Below are positions 42,071 to 53,788 of a DNA stretch of 64,000 nt, one piece after another (position 1 is the first letter of the stretch; the number at the start of each line of letters is the position of its first letter). Made by a program: the position numbers and the translations under genes. The notes beneath the pieces are model-generated. The model saw only the letters and a program-made list of their open reading frames with translations, did no database searches and was not told the origin of the DNA. The DNA lies in the NCBI GenBank assembly GCA_040285825.1, contig JAUPSS010000001.1, positions 496,001 through 560,000 of the forward strand, in the 5' to 3' direction. The DNA comes from Eukaryota sp. TZLM1-RC (lineage: Eukaryota > Protista > Metamonada: BaSk clade).

Positions 42071-44545
42071 TCACCTCCAAGCTCTTGTCTGTCTATGATT
42101 GGGATTGGGATTTTGATTGGGAACAACAGATTTGTATTCCATAACCTGGCTTTCATTAGCCAAAGCCTTTGATTTTGAAAACTTACGATCATAAATGCAT
42201 CCCAGAATAACAATTACCAGAATGGACATTGCAACAAAAAACAAAATCTTCCACGAGAACTCTTCATCTTGCACACACTGCTCAATTGTCAAATTTTTGT
42301 CACTTGTTGCTTGACATGTTGATGATTCCCACTCCCATTTACATTGACCACTCTCGACACACTGCTGACAATCATCGAAATTTTGACAGTTCGATTGGCA
42401 AAAAGATCCCCAATACCCATCAAAGCAAGCAACTCCATCTGAATTAACCACACCTCCAGGGATAGAGATAGACCCATTGCCGTAGATCAAAGGAAAAGAA
42501 TCAAAATAAATGTTTTTCACTTTGCTATTTCCAGAAAGATTAGCAGATGTTTCATTTGTCATTTTGAGGGTATCAATATCGTTAGAATTGTTAAGCAAAA
42601 TATGGCCAGAATTAATTTCAAGTAAAGAAAATTGACTGGAATTGACAATCAGATCACCAATTATATCAACATTGTCGACAATGATATCTACAGTTGAGTT
42701 CAACTGATCGCTGAACAAAATTCCGCCATAAACATAAACCTTACCATTCCCAATCAAATTATTTCCAAAAATAGCTGTTCCTGAATGTAATTCGGAAGTT
42801 CCATCAATTTTGATTGATCCAGACAAGAATAGTTGACCAAAATTTGAAATTTTTGTTTCCTGATCAATAATGATTTCTCCTTCGCTGGCAAGTGATCCTA
42901 AAGTCAAAATCTCAACTTCACTAGCATGTACATCCAAAAAACCAAAATTGCTGAAAATTCCGAAAATTTCAACTTTGAAGAGGTCAGCTGCCAAAATTTC
43001 ACCAAAATTTGAAAGTTTTCCTGTCGACTCTATAGTAACAAATCCCTGTAAAAGAAGATCACCCTGCAAAATATTCAACTCTCCTGACACCTTTAAAAAA
43101 GAAGAAGAACCGAACAAACCAAAGGAACTGATAGTTGAATTGACTGAAACTTCAAGAAACACATAATTCAAAAATTTTCCATTTGAGTTTATTGTAAAAT
43201 TAAATGAATTTAAATTTAAAGTTCCTACATTGATGAAATTAACATCAAGTACAAAAGAGCTCATGAAGGACACGTCACCATAGTTCAAAATTTGAGAATT
43301 TTGACCGACTAGGGCAATACTTTGATCAAAATTTTCAAGCTGACAGGAAGAATCCTTTGAAATTTCTATCCGTGAATCAATGAGCTCAAGTCCCCCGAAA
43401 ATTTCAAAATTTCCAGTAATAATAAGATTTATAAAAGAAAAAAACACGAATTCCTCACTGGAATTAAATTCAACAGTTTCTAAATTGAAAAGATGAATAC
43501 TCTGTAAAAAAGGTGAATTAAAACCTGAATTAAAAATAATCAAGGACGAAATAATTTTTAAATTGACTTTTTCTTTTAAATTCACAGTAGAATTGATGAT
43601 TAAATTTTGAATTTCTATATCTGATTTCATTGTTAACTGACCATTAATCAGATTGATTGATGAAATTATGGAGTTTTGGATCGTTACCGAATCTTCCGCA
43701 TTTGACAAATCAATCACCAATGATTGATTGTCGAAGGAAAGCACCTGACAGTCAACAATCAAATGATTGCCACTGTTGATTACCAAATCTTCACCAATCA
43801 AAGTCACATTTCCAAGTATTTCACTTTTTCCATTATCCAAATCCAAAAAACCTTGCAGAAAAAGGTGACCAACAGAATGAAAATTACCAAGTATATTTAA
43901 AACAGAATTTGATTGAACATAAACACTTCCAAAGCTCTCAAGCTCACCAGAAACTAAGAGATGATCACATGAAATATTCAAAAAACTGACAACTGAACAC
44001 CTTCCACTTACGGAAAGTGATGACGATTCAGACAAAGTCATGTGATTGACAGTTAAATATCCATCAACTTGGGTGATCCCATATATATCAACTTCCTCAA
44101 AAACAGCTTCTCCATTGATGAGAACCACGGAGCTCGAAGTAAGTGTGGTGATAAAGGTAGAAGATGACGACTGAACCACTACCGATCCATGGTTAAGAAG
44201 GGAGGAGAAATTAGTGGATGATTGAGATAAGACTAACGAACCATGGTTGATTAGGGGACCTAGCGAGGTGAGAGAGGTAGACTCAATTAGTAATTCCCCA
44301 TTGTTGGTGATTGTGGTGGATGCCGGAAGTATGAGAGAGCAATGTGAGGACGGTTTGATCGATAAAGAACCCTTTGAAGTGATGTTGATCAATGTGGTTG
44401 TGGGAATGGAACAGGTACTCCATGTTTCCCTCGAATCAATGATAAGTTCGGAGGCACAGCATGTAAAGAATAGAAGCAATGAAAGAACAGGTAACCTGGT
44501 CTGTTCAATCGATCTGATAAGCATTGTCTGTGTGACAAAATTCAA
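42071..44545 (-). CDS. Type I membrane/surface protein with beta-helix-like repeats and a Cys-rich EGF/PSI-like region
   Basis: Signal-like hydrophobic N-terminus, repeated I/L-x-N-x-G-x-L motifs, CFDGYWGSFC...CQQCV...CKW...C, TM segment ILFFVAMSILVIVILGCIY, short cytoplasmic tail. Confidence 0.7.
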   Translation of the reverse strand: MNFVTQTMLIRSIEQTRLPVLSLLLFFTCCASELIIDSRETWSTCSIPTTTLINITSKGSLSIKPSSHCSLILPASTTITNNGELLIESTSLTSLGPLINHGSLVLSQSSTNFSSLLNHGSVVVQSSSSTFITTLTSSSVVLINGEAVFEEVDIYGITQVDGYLTVNHMTLSESSSLSVSGRCSVVSFLNISCDHLLVSGELESFGSVYVQSNSVLNILGNFHSVGHLFLQGFLDLDNGKSEILGNVTLIGEDLVINSGNHLIVDCQVLSFDNQSLVIDLSNAEDSVTIQNSIISSINLINGQLTMKSDIEIQNLIINSTVNLKEKVNLKIISSLIIFNSGFNSPFLQSIHLFNLETVEFNSSEEFVFFSFINLIITGNFEIFGGLELIDSRIEISKDSSCQLENFDQSIALVGQNSQILNYGDVSFMSSFVLDVNFINVGTLNLNSFNFTINSNGKFLNYVFLEVSVNSTISSFGLFGSSSFLKVSGELNILQGDLLLQGFVTIESTGKLSNFGEILAADLFKVEIFGIFSNFGFLDVHASEVEILTLGSLASEGEIIIDQETKISNFGQLFLSGSIKIDGTSELHSGTAIFGNNLIGNGKVYVYGGILFSDQLNSTVDIIVDNVDIIGDLIVNSSQFSLLEINSGHILLNNSNDIDTLKMTNETSANLSGNSKVKNIYFDSFPLIYGNGSISIPGGVVNSDGVACFDGYWGSFCQSNCQNFDDCQQCVESGQCKWEWESSTCQATSDKNLTIEQCVQDEEFSWKILFFVAMSILVIVILGCIYDRKFSKSKALANESQVMEYKSVVPNQNPNPNHRQTRAWR

Positions 44546-44983
44546 TCCCAGCTAGTTAATCAATTAATAAAATAATTAATAATGGGATCAACTTCTTAAG
44601 TTAACAGAAATTGTTTTCCATATAGTTGAACATGCTCTTAACATGCTTAACATGCTTAACATGCTTTCTAGCCCGACAATAAAAGTCTATTTCTCGAGCT
44701 AGTCCTACTGAAACTGTATTAAAGCTGTTCAGCACATGGAAGAAAACCTCAATAAAGCAAAGTTTTTTAAAAACAGATTGAAGTACCTTTAGTGATATTC
44801 ATTTCATCGTTGATTTGATTCTTCTACATCTGCACTTTCACCTTTTCAGCATTGTCAAAAGAATAGAAATCTGATTACTGTCAATGAGTAGTAGATGATT
44901 TATACCATGAGTTTCTCATTCACAGTATTGAAATGCGAATTAATTGCCATTTTTCACAAATTCGATTTATACAAGAAAAGGAT

Positions 44984-45398
44984 CTATTCAATAGTAATTC
45001 TACGTCGTTGACCAGGAGATTCTCTCTTTTTAGGAATGTTCACCCTAAGGATACCATTCTCCATCTTTGAAGAAACTTGTTCTGATTGGCAGTTTGAAGG
45101 TACTAAGGTGAGCTTGCAAAGTGAACAAACATGTAAAACGTCTTGTGAACTTCCCAACCTCACGTTCTCTCAAGACTGCTCTTCTACCGGGCTTTTCTTC
45201 CTCTTTTCTGCGTTCACCAGAGATAATGAGGTCGTTTCCATCAAGTTCTATCTGAACATCTTCTTTTCTTAGTCCTGGACATTCAATGTCAATTTCCCAT
45301 TTATCTTCTTCTTCGTGGATGTCAGAGGTGAAACGAGTTCGCATTGTTCTGTGGAATGGTTCTTCCAAGAATGGATCGAAGAATGGACGAAGAGACAT
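44984..45398 (-). CDS. Small heat shock protein (HSP20/alpha-crystallin); 28-nt intron 45103..45130
   Basis: DIHEEED..IDIECPGLRKEDVQI...LIISGER...ERE.GKFTRRFT. Splicing gives LPSNCQSEQVSSKMENGILRVNIPK. Confidence 0.9.
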
Positions 45399-45433
45399 TG
45401 TACAAGAGGTAATGGTTTGCTTTGAGGTTTTTT

Positions 45434-45830
45434 CAATGTTAAAAGGTACTGTAGACCTCTTTACAGTCGAAACAAAACGCTGTAGACTTTGTTTACAGTA
45501 GAGTGATTCCTTTATTGTTTTTTTGAATACCACTCATTAAGAAGTCACATATTTATTGAATTTTAATTTATTGACGTATTTATTTATTTGTCTTTTCTTG
45601 CTAAATATTATGAAATTCAAATTTTTCTTGTATTTTGAAATTCATTTTAGCCCAAATAAAGTGAATTGTTCATTTGCAATGGTTTTCTTCAATGTTACGA
45701 ATAGTTCTTTTTCATATTCCTTTTCATAAACACATTTGACAAAAAAGGATTCAATTCTATGAGACTTACACATACAATATAATTGGTCTCTTATAGCATC
45801 GTGAACCGTGCTTCTAAAAGTAATAAATTA
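45434..45830. repeat. Inverted duplication partner of 63528..64000
   Basis: Reverse-complement match including the HSP20 upstream region and an RLE fragment, with indels. Confidence 0.9.
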
Positions 45831-47134
45831 TTTACAATTTAACAAATGAGTAATTAAATTTTTCGAGAACATCAACAAATTAAAATCTGAGGCAAATTAT
45901 CAGGCTAGATAAAGCAGATCACATTATAAGGTACTCATGTACGTATTTATCTATTTGCCTTCTCTTGCCAAATATTAAAAAAGCTTGTGTTGTGAAATTC
46001 GTTTTAGCTCGAATAAGGTAAATAGTCTTATTGTAGCATTTTTTGTTCAATGTTACAAATAGTTCTTTTTACTGTTCCTTCACAAACTTCAAGAGTAGAT
46101 TATTAATTTGACCTGATCATGTATTAATGACCTTTGTGAGAATTAGGGGGTTGCTAATTATTCCGCCAACAACGGTGCTCTAAGTTGATTGTACAGATAG
46201 AATGAAAGTCAGCGTCTCATCATTATTCAAAGTTCAGAAGATAATGAGCAAATCTTTGAAAAATGATCTATTTATTGATTTGATTTATGTTCTCAAACCA
46301 CAAACTGGAGATTTTGAGCAGCATAATCTTCTTTTCATTATTGTGAGAGAATTCTTGGTGTTTTGCAAATTAATGAAAGAATCAAATTCGATTGTGCAAT
46401 TCTATTAAAGCTACAACTAGCTTTTCAGAATCAGCAGAGATAACATTTGGTTTTGTCTTTCTCCACCAAAAGCATTGAATTACAGAAACAAATATCGAGA
46501 TTCTGACCTTCTTCTCAAACTGTTATATTTATTGCTCAGAGTGGGAAATTTCTGAATGTTTTGAAAACAGGAAGCTTTAAAAATGACTAACAACAGCAAA
46601 TTGTGGATTTAACCAAGAAAGCTTTGTTAAGATGCAGATAAACTTGGTCAAACATGACTTGACCATCACTGTATCAATTTTTCACGACAATAAAGAAGTA
46701 TGTCGAATTTCTGGACTTTGAAATAATTTGATGTTTACTAAGTTGTCGTATAACACATGATGAAAGAATCACAATTTAAATAACAAAAAATACTTCATTG
46801 GTCAACAAGATTCTGGTGATCCAAGCCACAACAATTGCAACAATGGAAAAGTTGTAAAAGCTTGGCTGTAATGCTGTTAATCTACTTTGTTTCCCACTTA
46901 AAGCACTGTATAGATGATCCTATTGAAATAAAATTTAAATTTAGAAAATGTTCAACAACGAACAATTAGCCAATTAATGTACATATTTATTGAATAAATA
47001 AAATAATAAAGGTGAAATTATAAAGATAAAGTAAAAATAAGTTGAAAACAAATTGAAAAATGACGATAAATTACAGTAAAAAATGCCAAAAAGAGTAAAT
47101 AAATTAAAAAATACAAAAATAACTCAAAAATAAA

Positions 47135-48625
47135 TCATCTTGCACTAAATGGTCGATTCCTGAAAAAGTCTCTTGAAGTCAAACCAAGGGCTCGTGATTC
47201 TGATCTATAAAACATAGCTGAAGAGGGTCTGAGAGAAATAGAAGCTCGACCACTCACAGGTCTTTTTCTGACTGTTTCTATTTTAGGTAACAATCGACTC
47301 AGAGGATCCTTACTTGATATTGACAATTCAAAAGAATAGTGTAAATAAAAAGTAGGACAAATAGTTAAATTGTTTTTCAACGTGGTTTTGCTTATTGAAT
47401 TACTAAATCGCCCATCAATTTTGTCAGCAACTGACTTTGTTTTAACCAGGGCCTTTGAATATAACTGCCAGTAATTGGGGTGATACTCCAAAAAGGAAAC
47501 CACATTTGAATCATCAACGGAAACTATTGTCGAAAGTGACTGCGATGACGTTTCCATGAGGGTCAGAAGGTGAGTAACATCACGTGACGAGCTTACGTCA
47601 CGGATTGACAGGAGATCGTGCCTTTTTGAGAGTGTTACAACCTCAATCTTGTTTGATTGATTTTTTGATTGATCATTCCTGGTCAAGGAAGGTGACGTCA
47701 GTTTCGATTGATTAGTACAAGAAAGGGTTAAATACTCATCAGAATCACTAATCAAATTGATAGTTCTCTCCCCATCAATCGAAATTGATCCTCTCGACAA
47801 GCAATCAATCAAATCATCTATCCAAGTTGCAGGTCGTTTTAACAGGGATGATGACGTGAGATAAGGGACAGTGATTGTGTTATAGTCATGAAATGATTCT
47901 TTACAACAAACAGTCGATTCAGATTCAAACAAGCTAAATAAATTATTGATAACGTTTAAGACAGAGCTTGAGACATCTTTAAAATCATTGGGTATTGGAG
48001 TAGGAAAACTTGAATTAATTGTCGTGAATGGGGTAAAAGGTGATTTTGGTGTTTGTAGAAAATTGGGGCTAGGGCTAGGGTTAGTTGCTACTCTTGGCGT
48101 AAAGTTTGAATGACCAAAACTAGGGCTGTTACATGAAGGACAAACCATAGCAGAAGAGGTAGTTCTAGCCGTGGAAGGTCTTGGTGTCTGGAAATAAAGA
48201 GGACAAAGACAATCATCTAGGTGGTCTAGAGCTCGTTTAAGAGAGCCAGTGTCCGAAAGAGGCAAAGGAGGAGAGATACCAAAAGGGTGCAGAATGAGAA
48301 AAAAAGAAGCCGAAGGGTTAGATGAGGTGGATCGGAGGACAGCAGGGGTTAGATGTGACGGTAAAAGTGAAAGTTCAAGGTAAGAGAAGGGTTCAGAAGG
48401 TGGATTACTGGATGTGTAGATGTAACGGCCTTCTACAGAGCGTAGTACAGGTTTCCAAAACTGAAGGTTGCTGAATTGACGAATCTTAGAACGAAAAGCC
48501 GTGATTGTATTGTCGAATAGATTGAGAGCAAGACGGGTTTTCTGACAGATCTGAAGTACTTTGACGTTTTTGGGAGAATCGCCAGATGGAGTAATTATGT
48601 ATGGGGCCGCTGAAAAGGTAGCCAT
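47135..48625 (-). CDS. Hypothetical protein (Ser/Pro-rich)
   Basis: 496-aa ORF with a CPSC motif; no confident family. Confidence 0.6.
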   Translation of the reverse strand: MATFSAAPYIITPSGDSPKNVKVLQICQKTRLALNLFDNTITAFRSKIRQFSNLQFWKPVLRSVEGRYIYTSSNPPSEPFSYLELSLLPSHLTPAVLRSTSSNPSASFFLILHPFGISPPLPLSDTGSLKRALDHLDDCLCPLYFQTPRPSTARTTSSAMVCPSCNSPSFGHSNFTPRVATNPSPSPNFLQTPKSPFTPFTTINSSFPTPIPNDFKDVSSSVLNVINNLFSLFESESTVCCKESFHDYNTITVPYLTSSSLLKRPATWIDDLIDCLSRGSISIDGERTINLISDSDEYLTLSCTNQSKLTSPSLTRNDQSKNQSNKIEVVTLSKRHDLLSIRDVSSSRDVTHLLTLMETSSQSLSTIVSVDDSNVVSFLEYHPNYWQLYSKALVKTKSVADKIDGRFSNSISKTTLKNNLTICPTFYLHYSFELSISSKDPLSRLLPKIETVRKRPVSGRASISLRPSSAMFYRSESRALGLTSRDFFRNRPFSAR

Positions 48626-48719
48626 ATGAACAGTGAAAACACTGTATCTTTAATGGAAGAAACCCAATTGAGAAGTTGATGACAGTATGTTTGGTTGGTA
48701 ACTCTAAATATGCATGTTA

Positions 48720-49980
48720 ATCCATGCTCAATAAATCTTAATTCCAATACTGTAAACAATCTTTCCCACTGGTACTGCTCGTTGCAGTACCATTGGTCTA
48801 CAATTATCATGAATATGAGAGTACGTAATCCTGTACCTGTTTAGAGCACTAATAACATCCTTATCTCAATAGACGCCACATTCACTGTTTTGACAGTGTA
48901 GCAGTCCTTGACATGGGGCTAGTTTGACACCACCACTTTTTTTTAGATTCCAATTGTGTTAAAGATCTTGAATTTTGTTTTCAAGATTTTGAATAGGATC
49001 AACTTCAAGATACTGTTTTTTAGCCACTCACAAGTCATTCTTTAACCTCTTCTTCTTACGTTTGAATCTTTTATAGGCATTGGGATCTTTGACCTTTACA
49101 TCACATTTGGTATTTCCTTCACGATAATGCTCAACACAAGCAGCACATCTCTTACTGGTACGATACTCGTCTACCAGGTATACTTTTATACCAGCTCTTC
49201 TCAGACTTCTTCTTAGCCCAACACCTCTAATTGTACTGGTTTTACCTTTACGATTGGTCTTAGCGTCCCAATCACCAAAACCAATTACAATATTGTGAGC
49301 GTCAGCCTTGAACTTAGCTTTTATTCGGTTAACCCAGGCAGCCTCACTCTTTTTTGTATTCAAATATTTGTATACAGTGTGGTCTTGATAAATGGGACAG
49401 AGCAATTCATCGTGGAGTTATTTCATTTTAATGCACTCCTTGAATTGCTGCAGATTCAAATATTTTTTTGGAATATTCTGATAATTTATTAGATATTTCT
49501 TGTACTGACACCTCGGATTGCGTAGATGGTGAATTGAATTCTCTGAATGTAAAATCGGGAAGAGATTTAATGATTTCCTCTTCACCATTGATTCTTTTTA
49601 TAACTGCAGTTTTGGAAGAGTTTTCAATGCTCTCAATCCTAAAAATGATCGAGTTTAGGTAGTTTGTTTCAGTTTCTCTGAACTTCTCTGCTTGAAGTTC
49701 AAAGTTTCGTCTACCAGCAGTGTAAGAATCAATCATTAGTTTGTCTCTTTTTCTTTAAATTATTGTCTTTTTCATTGAAGGAATTTTTAGGGTTTTTCCT
49801 TTTTTGATTTTCCCTATTTGCTTTTTGTCTATCTCTCTTGTCTTTTGCCTCACGCCTCTTGTTGTCTTTGAATTTTTCTAATTTTTTCCTTTCTGCTTCA
49901 GTCATATTGATTCCTTTGGATTCAATATGATTCATCCCAGCAGCATTTGATTGACTGATTCGGTAAGGAATTTCGTTTGG
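48720..49980 (-). mobile_element. Degenerate Fanzor, 3' half (RuvC-II, Zn finger, RuvC-III)
   Basis: SYTAGRRNFE, LSEYSKK, YLNTKKSE, IVIGFGDW, GVGLRRSLRRAGIKVYLVDEYRTSKRCAAC, GLLHCQNSECGVY*DKDVISALN, RPMVLQR. Confidence 0.85.
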
Positions 49981-52087
49981 ATTAGAAGCTTAATCAATTA
50001 GGAGGTAAGTCAAGTGGGAAAACATTCTAGTTATCAAAGGCTGCATTCAATATTATAAATCTGAATCAGCAAGGAATAGCACCTGGTCGGAGCCAATAAT
50101 GTAACAACATGTTACAATATTGATGTAGATGCCCCCAAGCAAAAGGATGGCATCTATGTTGAGGAACAAAGTAGTCATAACAAATAGTAGTGGTTGGTTC
50201 AATGTTAATTATCTAATATTGAATTGATGTTTCTTTGTCAGCCAAATGATAATAATGAGGAATTGAAGTTACCACATTACCATATCTTGCCCATTACATT
50301 TTGAACACGATCTAATTTCGTAATAAATTCGCATTATTCACAAAGACTAATTACTGCTCAAGTATTGAGGTATTCAAGTATTGAGTAAACGTTCTTCAAC
50401 TGGATCTTCAGCTGTTACCCTTACATTACTACTCGTTTTTACTATGACATTCACACACCTAAGCCTCTCATTTGTACTCAGTAGTATTTCTTGAACATTT
50501 GCTGCTGCAACAAAAATCTGACTAACACAAGCTAATTCACCATTCAACAACTGGCTTCTGTTCTATTTTATTGAATCCTTGTTTGTTCATATTGAAAATG
50601 GACACACTCATTCACAACAATCAGGGCATATTGATGAAGTGAAACCTTCAATTCTTCATCAATACATCAAATGAATTTCGTTACAGATGTTGAATCCATC
50701 CAATTTCTGATATTTTTGAAGACGTTTCTTTTGAACAACTGATGATTCGATTAACTCCATTAAAGGAGTTTTCATTAACTTGATTGGTCCAGCACAATAG
50801 TCACAAACAAGGTAATCATTGATTTAAGGTCACATATCAAATGTTTCAAAAAATATAACTGATAATACCTGAGAACCAGAATACTGGCCTTGAAAGAATT
50901 AATGCCAGGGAACTTATTATATTATCATTTTTGCTCTTTGGAAGATACCTTATTAGTGAGTACCTCTATATAGATTGAAATTAAAAGAAATTTTCCCCAT
51001 ATATACAACCACACCTGGGATGCCCTCCAGCAACATTAATTTATAAATCACATCCACTTTCATGATTGATATAGATTGATTTGTACCTAATACATTGTTG
51101 TACGAATGACAATTGATGCGTTTTTGGAGTTCACAAACTCCCAAATTAAAGTGATTGTACTTCTTACAGTAGACATTGTTTTATTACCTGAACTGGCATT
51201 ACCCCTGTTTACGCTGTTTTTGTCAACTTTTGAGCTGACTGTGATTTCCCGTTCAACAAAATCAGATACAGAATCTGGTGCATGTGGAAGAATACCAGAA
51301 TTTAAATACTTCCTCCACAAATATAAAGTTGGCATGTCATTACTACCTGGTACTTATTGAATTGGTATTTTATTACAGTAAAAACACAACGCTATGAGTG
51401 TTACTTTTGGAGAGGACCAGTCGATAAATCTTGACAAAATAGTGTTGCAACATAATATTACCATGTGAAATTAAATTCTGCTTTGATTATCACAACAGAA
51501 CAACATTCATTTCCAAGTAAAAAGTATTTCCCTTCAGGCTTATTTGAATAGTACTTCACACATATTCATCTTTCAACAGACGAAGTGAAATAGTTTGTTA
51601 GCTTGAAAAACCAATTCTGGTTTTATAGATTTTTCTATTCAAAACATCAATCCAAGGTCTCTTACATTTTAGCTAATGAAACCAAGCGAATTTCTTGTAT
51701 TCAGCAGAGCTTGTCAAGCCTTATTGTGTGTGTCACCTCTTTTTTTGCTACAAAACAGTAAAATATCGTCTCCAAGCAATGTATCCGTCTTGAGGTAAAT
51801 TCCATGTGATTTATATTTTATTTTAATATATTGAAAACTGTCCTTGATTTTTTCATTTACACTTTAGCAGTGAACATTGACACAGAGACAGGTTGACCAA
51901 ATCAGTAGAATAAGTCTACCATTACTTTTTGCCAAAAGACGATTGAATTTTATTAAAAATTGATCTGCTCAAGGTGTTACGTTAATCAGATCAAACTAAT
52001 CTCGATTGGAGGTTTTGATCTCATTCTTCTTGTATCAACACACATTGCCAAGTGGCCTCCTCCATCAACTATTCTCAATTCAAGTAG

Positions 52088-52990
52088 ATGAATCTTGACC
52101 ACCTTGCTCAGCAACTTCCCGACTATAAGGATTTCGAACGTATTGGAAAGGGGGGGTTTGGCGAAGTTTACTGAGCGAAACGAAAAGAAACCGGCCAGAT
52201 ATATGCAATACAAGTAATGTATAGCTGCCCAAAAGAGATGGGCATGTGGGAAAGGGATGTTGTTCCAATGACCCTTAACCATCCCTATATCTGTCCTACA
52301 CTAGATACCCATGCGCGGCAGAACAGCTACTGTGTGGTGATGCCTCTGTACAACTGCAACCTGGCAAAACTCATATATAGAGTCTCAGAACGAACTAATC
52401 TCAACCCAGGCAAGAAACTTGACCCTGTTTTAGCATGGAAGATTTTTCATCAGCTCGTAGAAAGTATCAATTACCTGCATGGCCGCGGTTTTGCACACAG
52501 AGACGTTAAGCCAGAAAATGTGCTCATCGATGACAATAACAATGCTGTGCTCAGTGATTTTTTGTTTGCAAAACGTTTTACAAGTTTATCCTCTACTCCT
52601 TTCAGAACACTTGCAACTCCAGCATATCATGCTCCTGAGATAGTTGAAGCTATGGATGTATTAGAAGACCAACCCAATGTGGAATATGGGCCAGCTGTGG
52701 ATTATTTCTCTCTGGGTGTCATATTTTATGAAATGATGGTTGGAAGGCTTCCTTATGATCTTGAAGGAAAAAGAACTCTTTCACCCGAAAGAACAGAAAC
52801 GATTTCTAAAATTGACCCATTAGCTCGGTGCTTTATTGAAGGCCTCATGTCCAAAGATCAAGATGCTCGGATTAAAATGTTTAAGCAAATCGTGGATGAA
52901 ATGCGAAATTCAACAGACGATGGTGGTTTCAAATCTTGCTTCTGTTTTCGGAGAAATGTACAAAATAGAACAGTCAATCGAAATTGTTGA
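52088..52990 (+). pseudogene. Truncated kinase paralogue of the kinase-PARG genes
   Basis: Closely similar to the N-terminus of 53789..56938, including the upstream region. Premature TGA in GEVY*AK, catalytic K replaced by Q (YAIQ), DFG reads DFL, no PARG part. Confidence 0.85.
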
Positions 52991-53172
52991 ATAAAGAATT
53001 CTGAAAAAATATCATTACAAAAAGTTTGGTTGGTATCGAGATTACAGACAACGAGACTCAGAAATTTTTGCAGTTGGAGTCAATATACATGTGAGTAGTA
53101 TTTTATCAACTGTCTTACATTAATTTGACCACTTTGGCTGTAGTTATTCCAATTTTAGATCAGTGTGCAAAA

Positions 53173-53550
53173 CTTTTTTTTTCAAACTGGAATATTTATT
53201 GAGATAAAAAACCCATCTAGAATTCAATATCCTCCAAACAAGCGTCACTATTACTGAACCTACTCACGCTACGTTCATATTCTACACCAATAGCTAAAAG
53301 TGCCTTTGAAATCATTGTTGGAATAGACTTGAAAATGCAAAAAACAATTCTATTTAACCAGAAAGTGGAGTTCATTGTTTTACCAGACCTATTCAGTAAC
53401 ACTTTTTTAAAATTTTCAAAAAAGTGCAACCGTGAAGGTCCAATATTGCCAAAAAGAGAAATTGCAAACGGCACAAACTGATATTTCACATGTTCCACTC
53501 TACCTAACTGTGCCAAAGGTTCTTCATATTTTTTTATCTTCTTTTTTTCG
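53173..53550 (-). mobile_element. 3' fragment of RLE non-LTR subfamily A
   Basis: Near-identical to 32155..32530. A-tail seen as the T-run at ~53174-53182. Confidence 0.8.
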
Positions 53551-53788
53551 GCAAAACAGTATCCTTATATAAAAATGTATAAATTACAGAAGAGTGCGAC
53601 ATAATTGAAGCGTATAACATGAACAAATGTTAAAAATGTTGAGAGTCGATTGAATTCCAGCGAAAATTGATCTGATTGGTGTTACATGTCAATCATTTTT
53701 CGAATAACATTGTTTGTGTAGATCTCATTCTTGTATCAACACACATTGCTGGGCGGCCTGCTGTATCAACTATTCTCAATTTAAGTAG

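Noticed and set aside
44630-44666. (TAACATGCT)3 tandem repeat
   Set aside because: Short slippage repeat with no other support.
50050-51900. Fragmentary ORFs resembling beta-helix surface proteins
   Set aside because: Too many stops and no motif specific enough to call; probably pseudogene debris.
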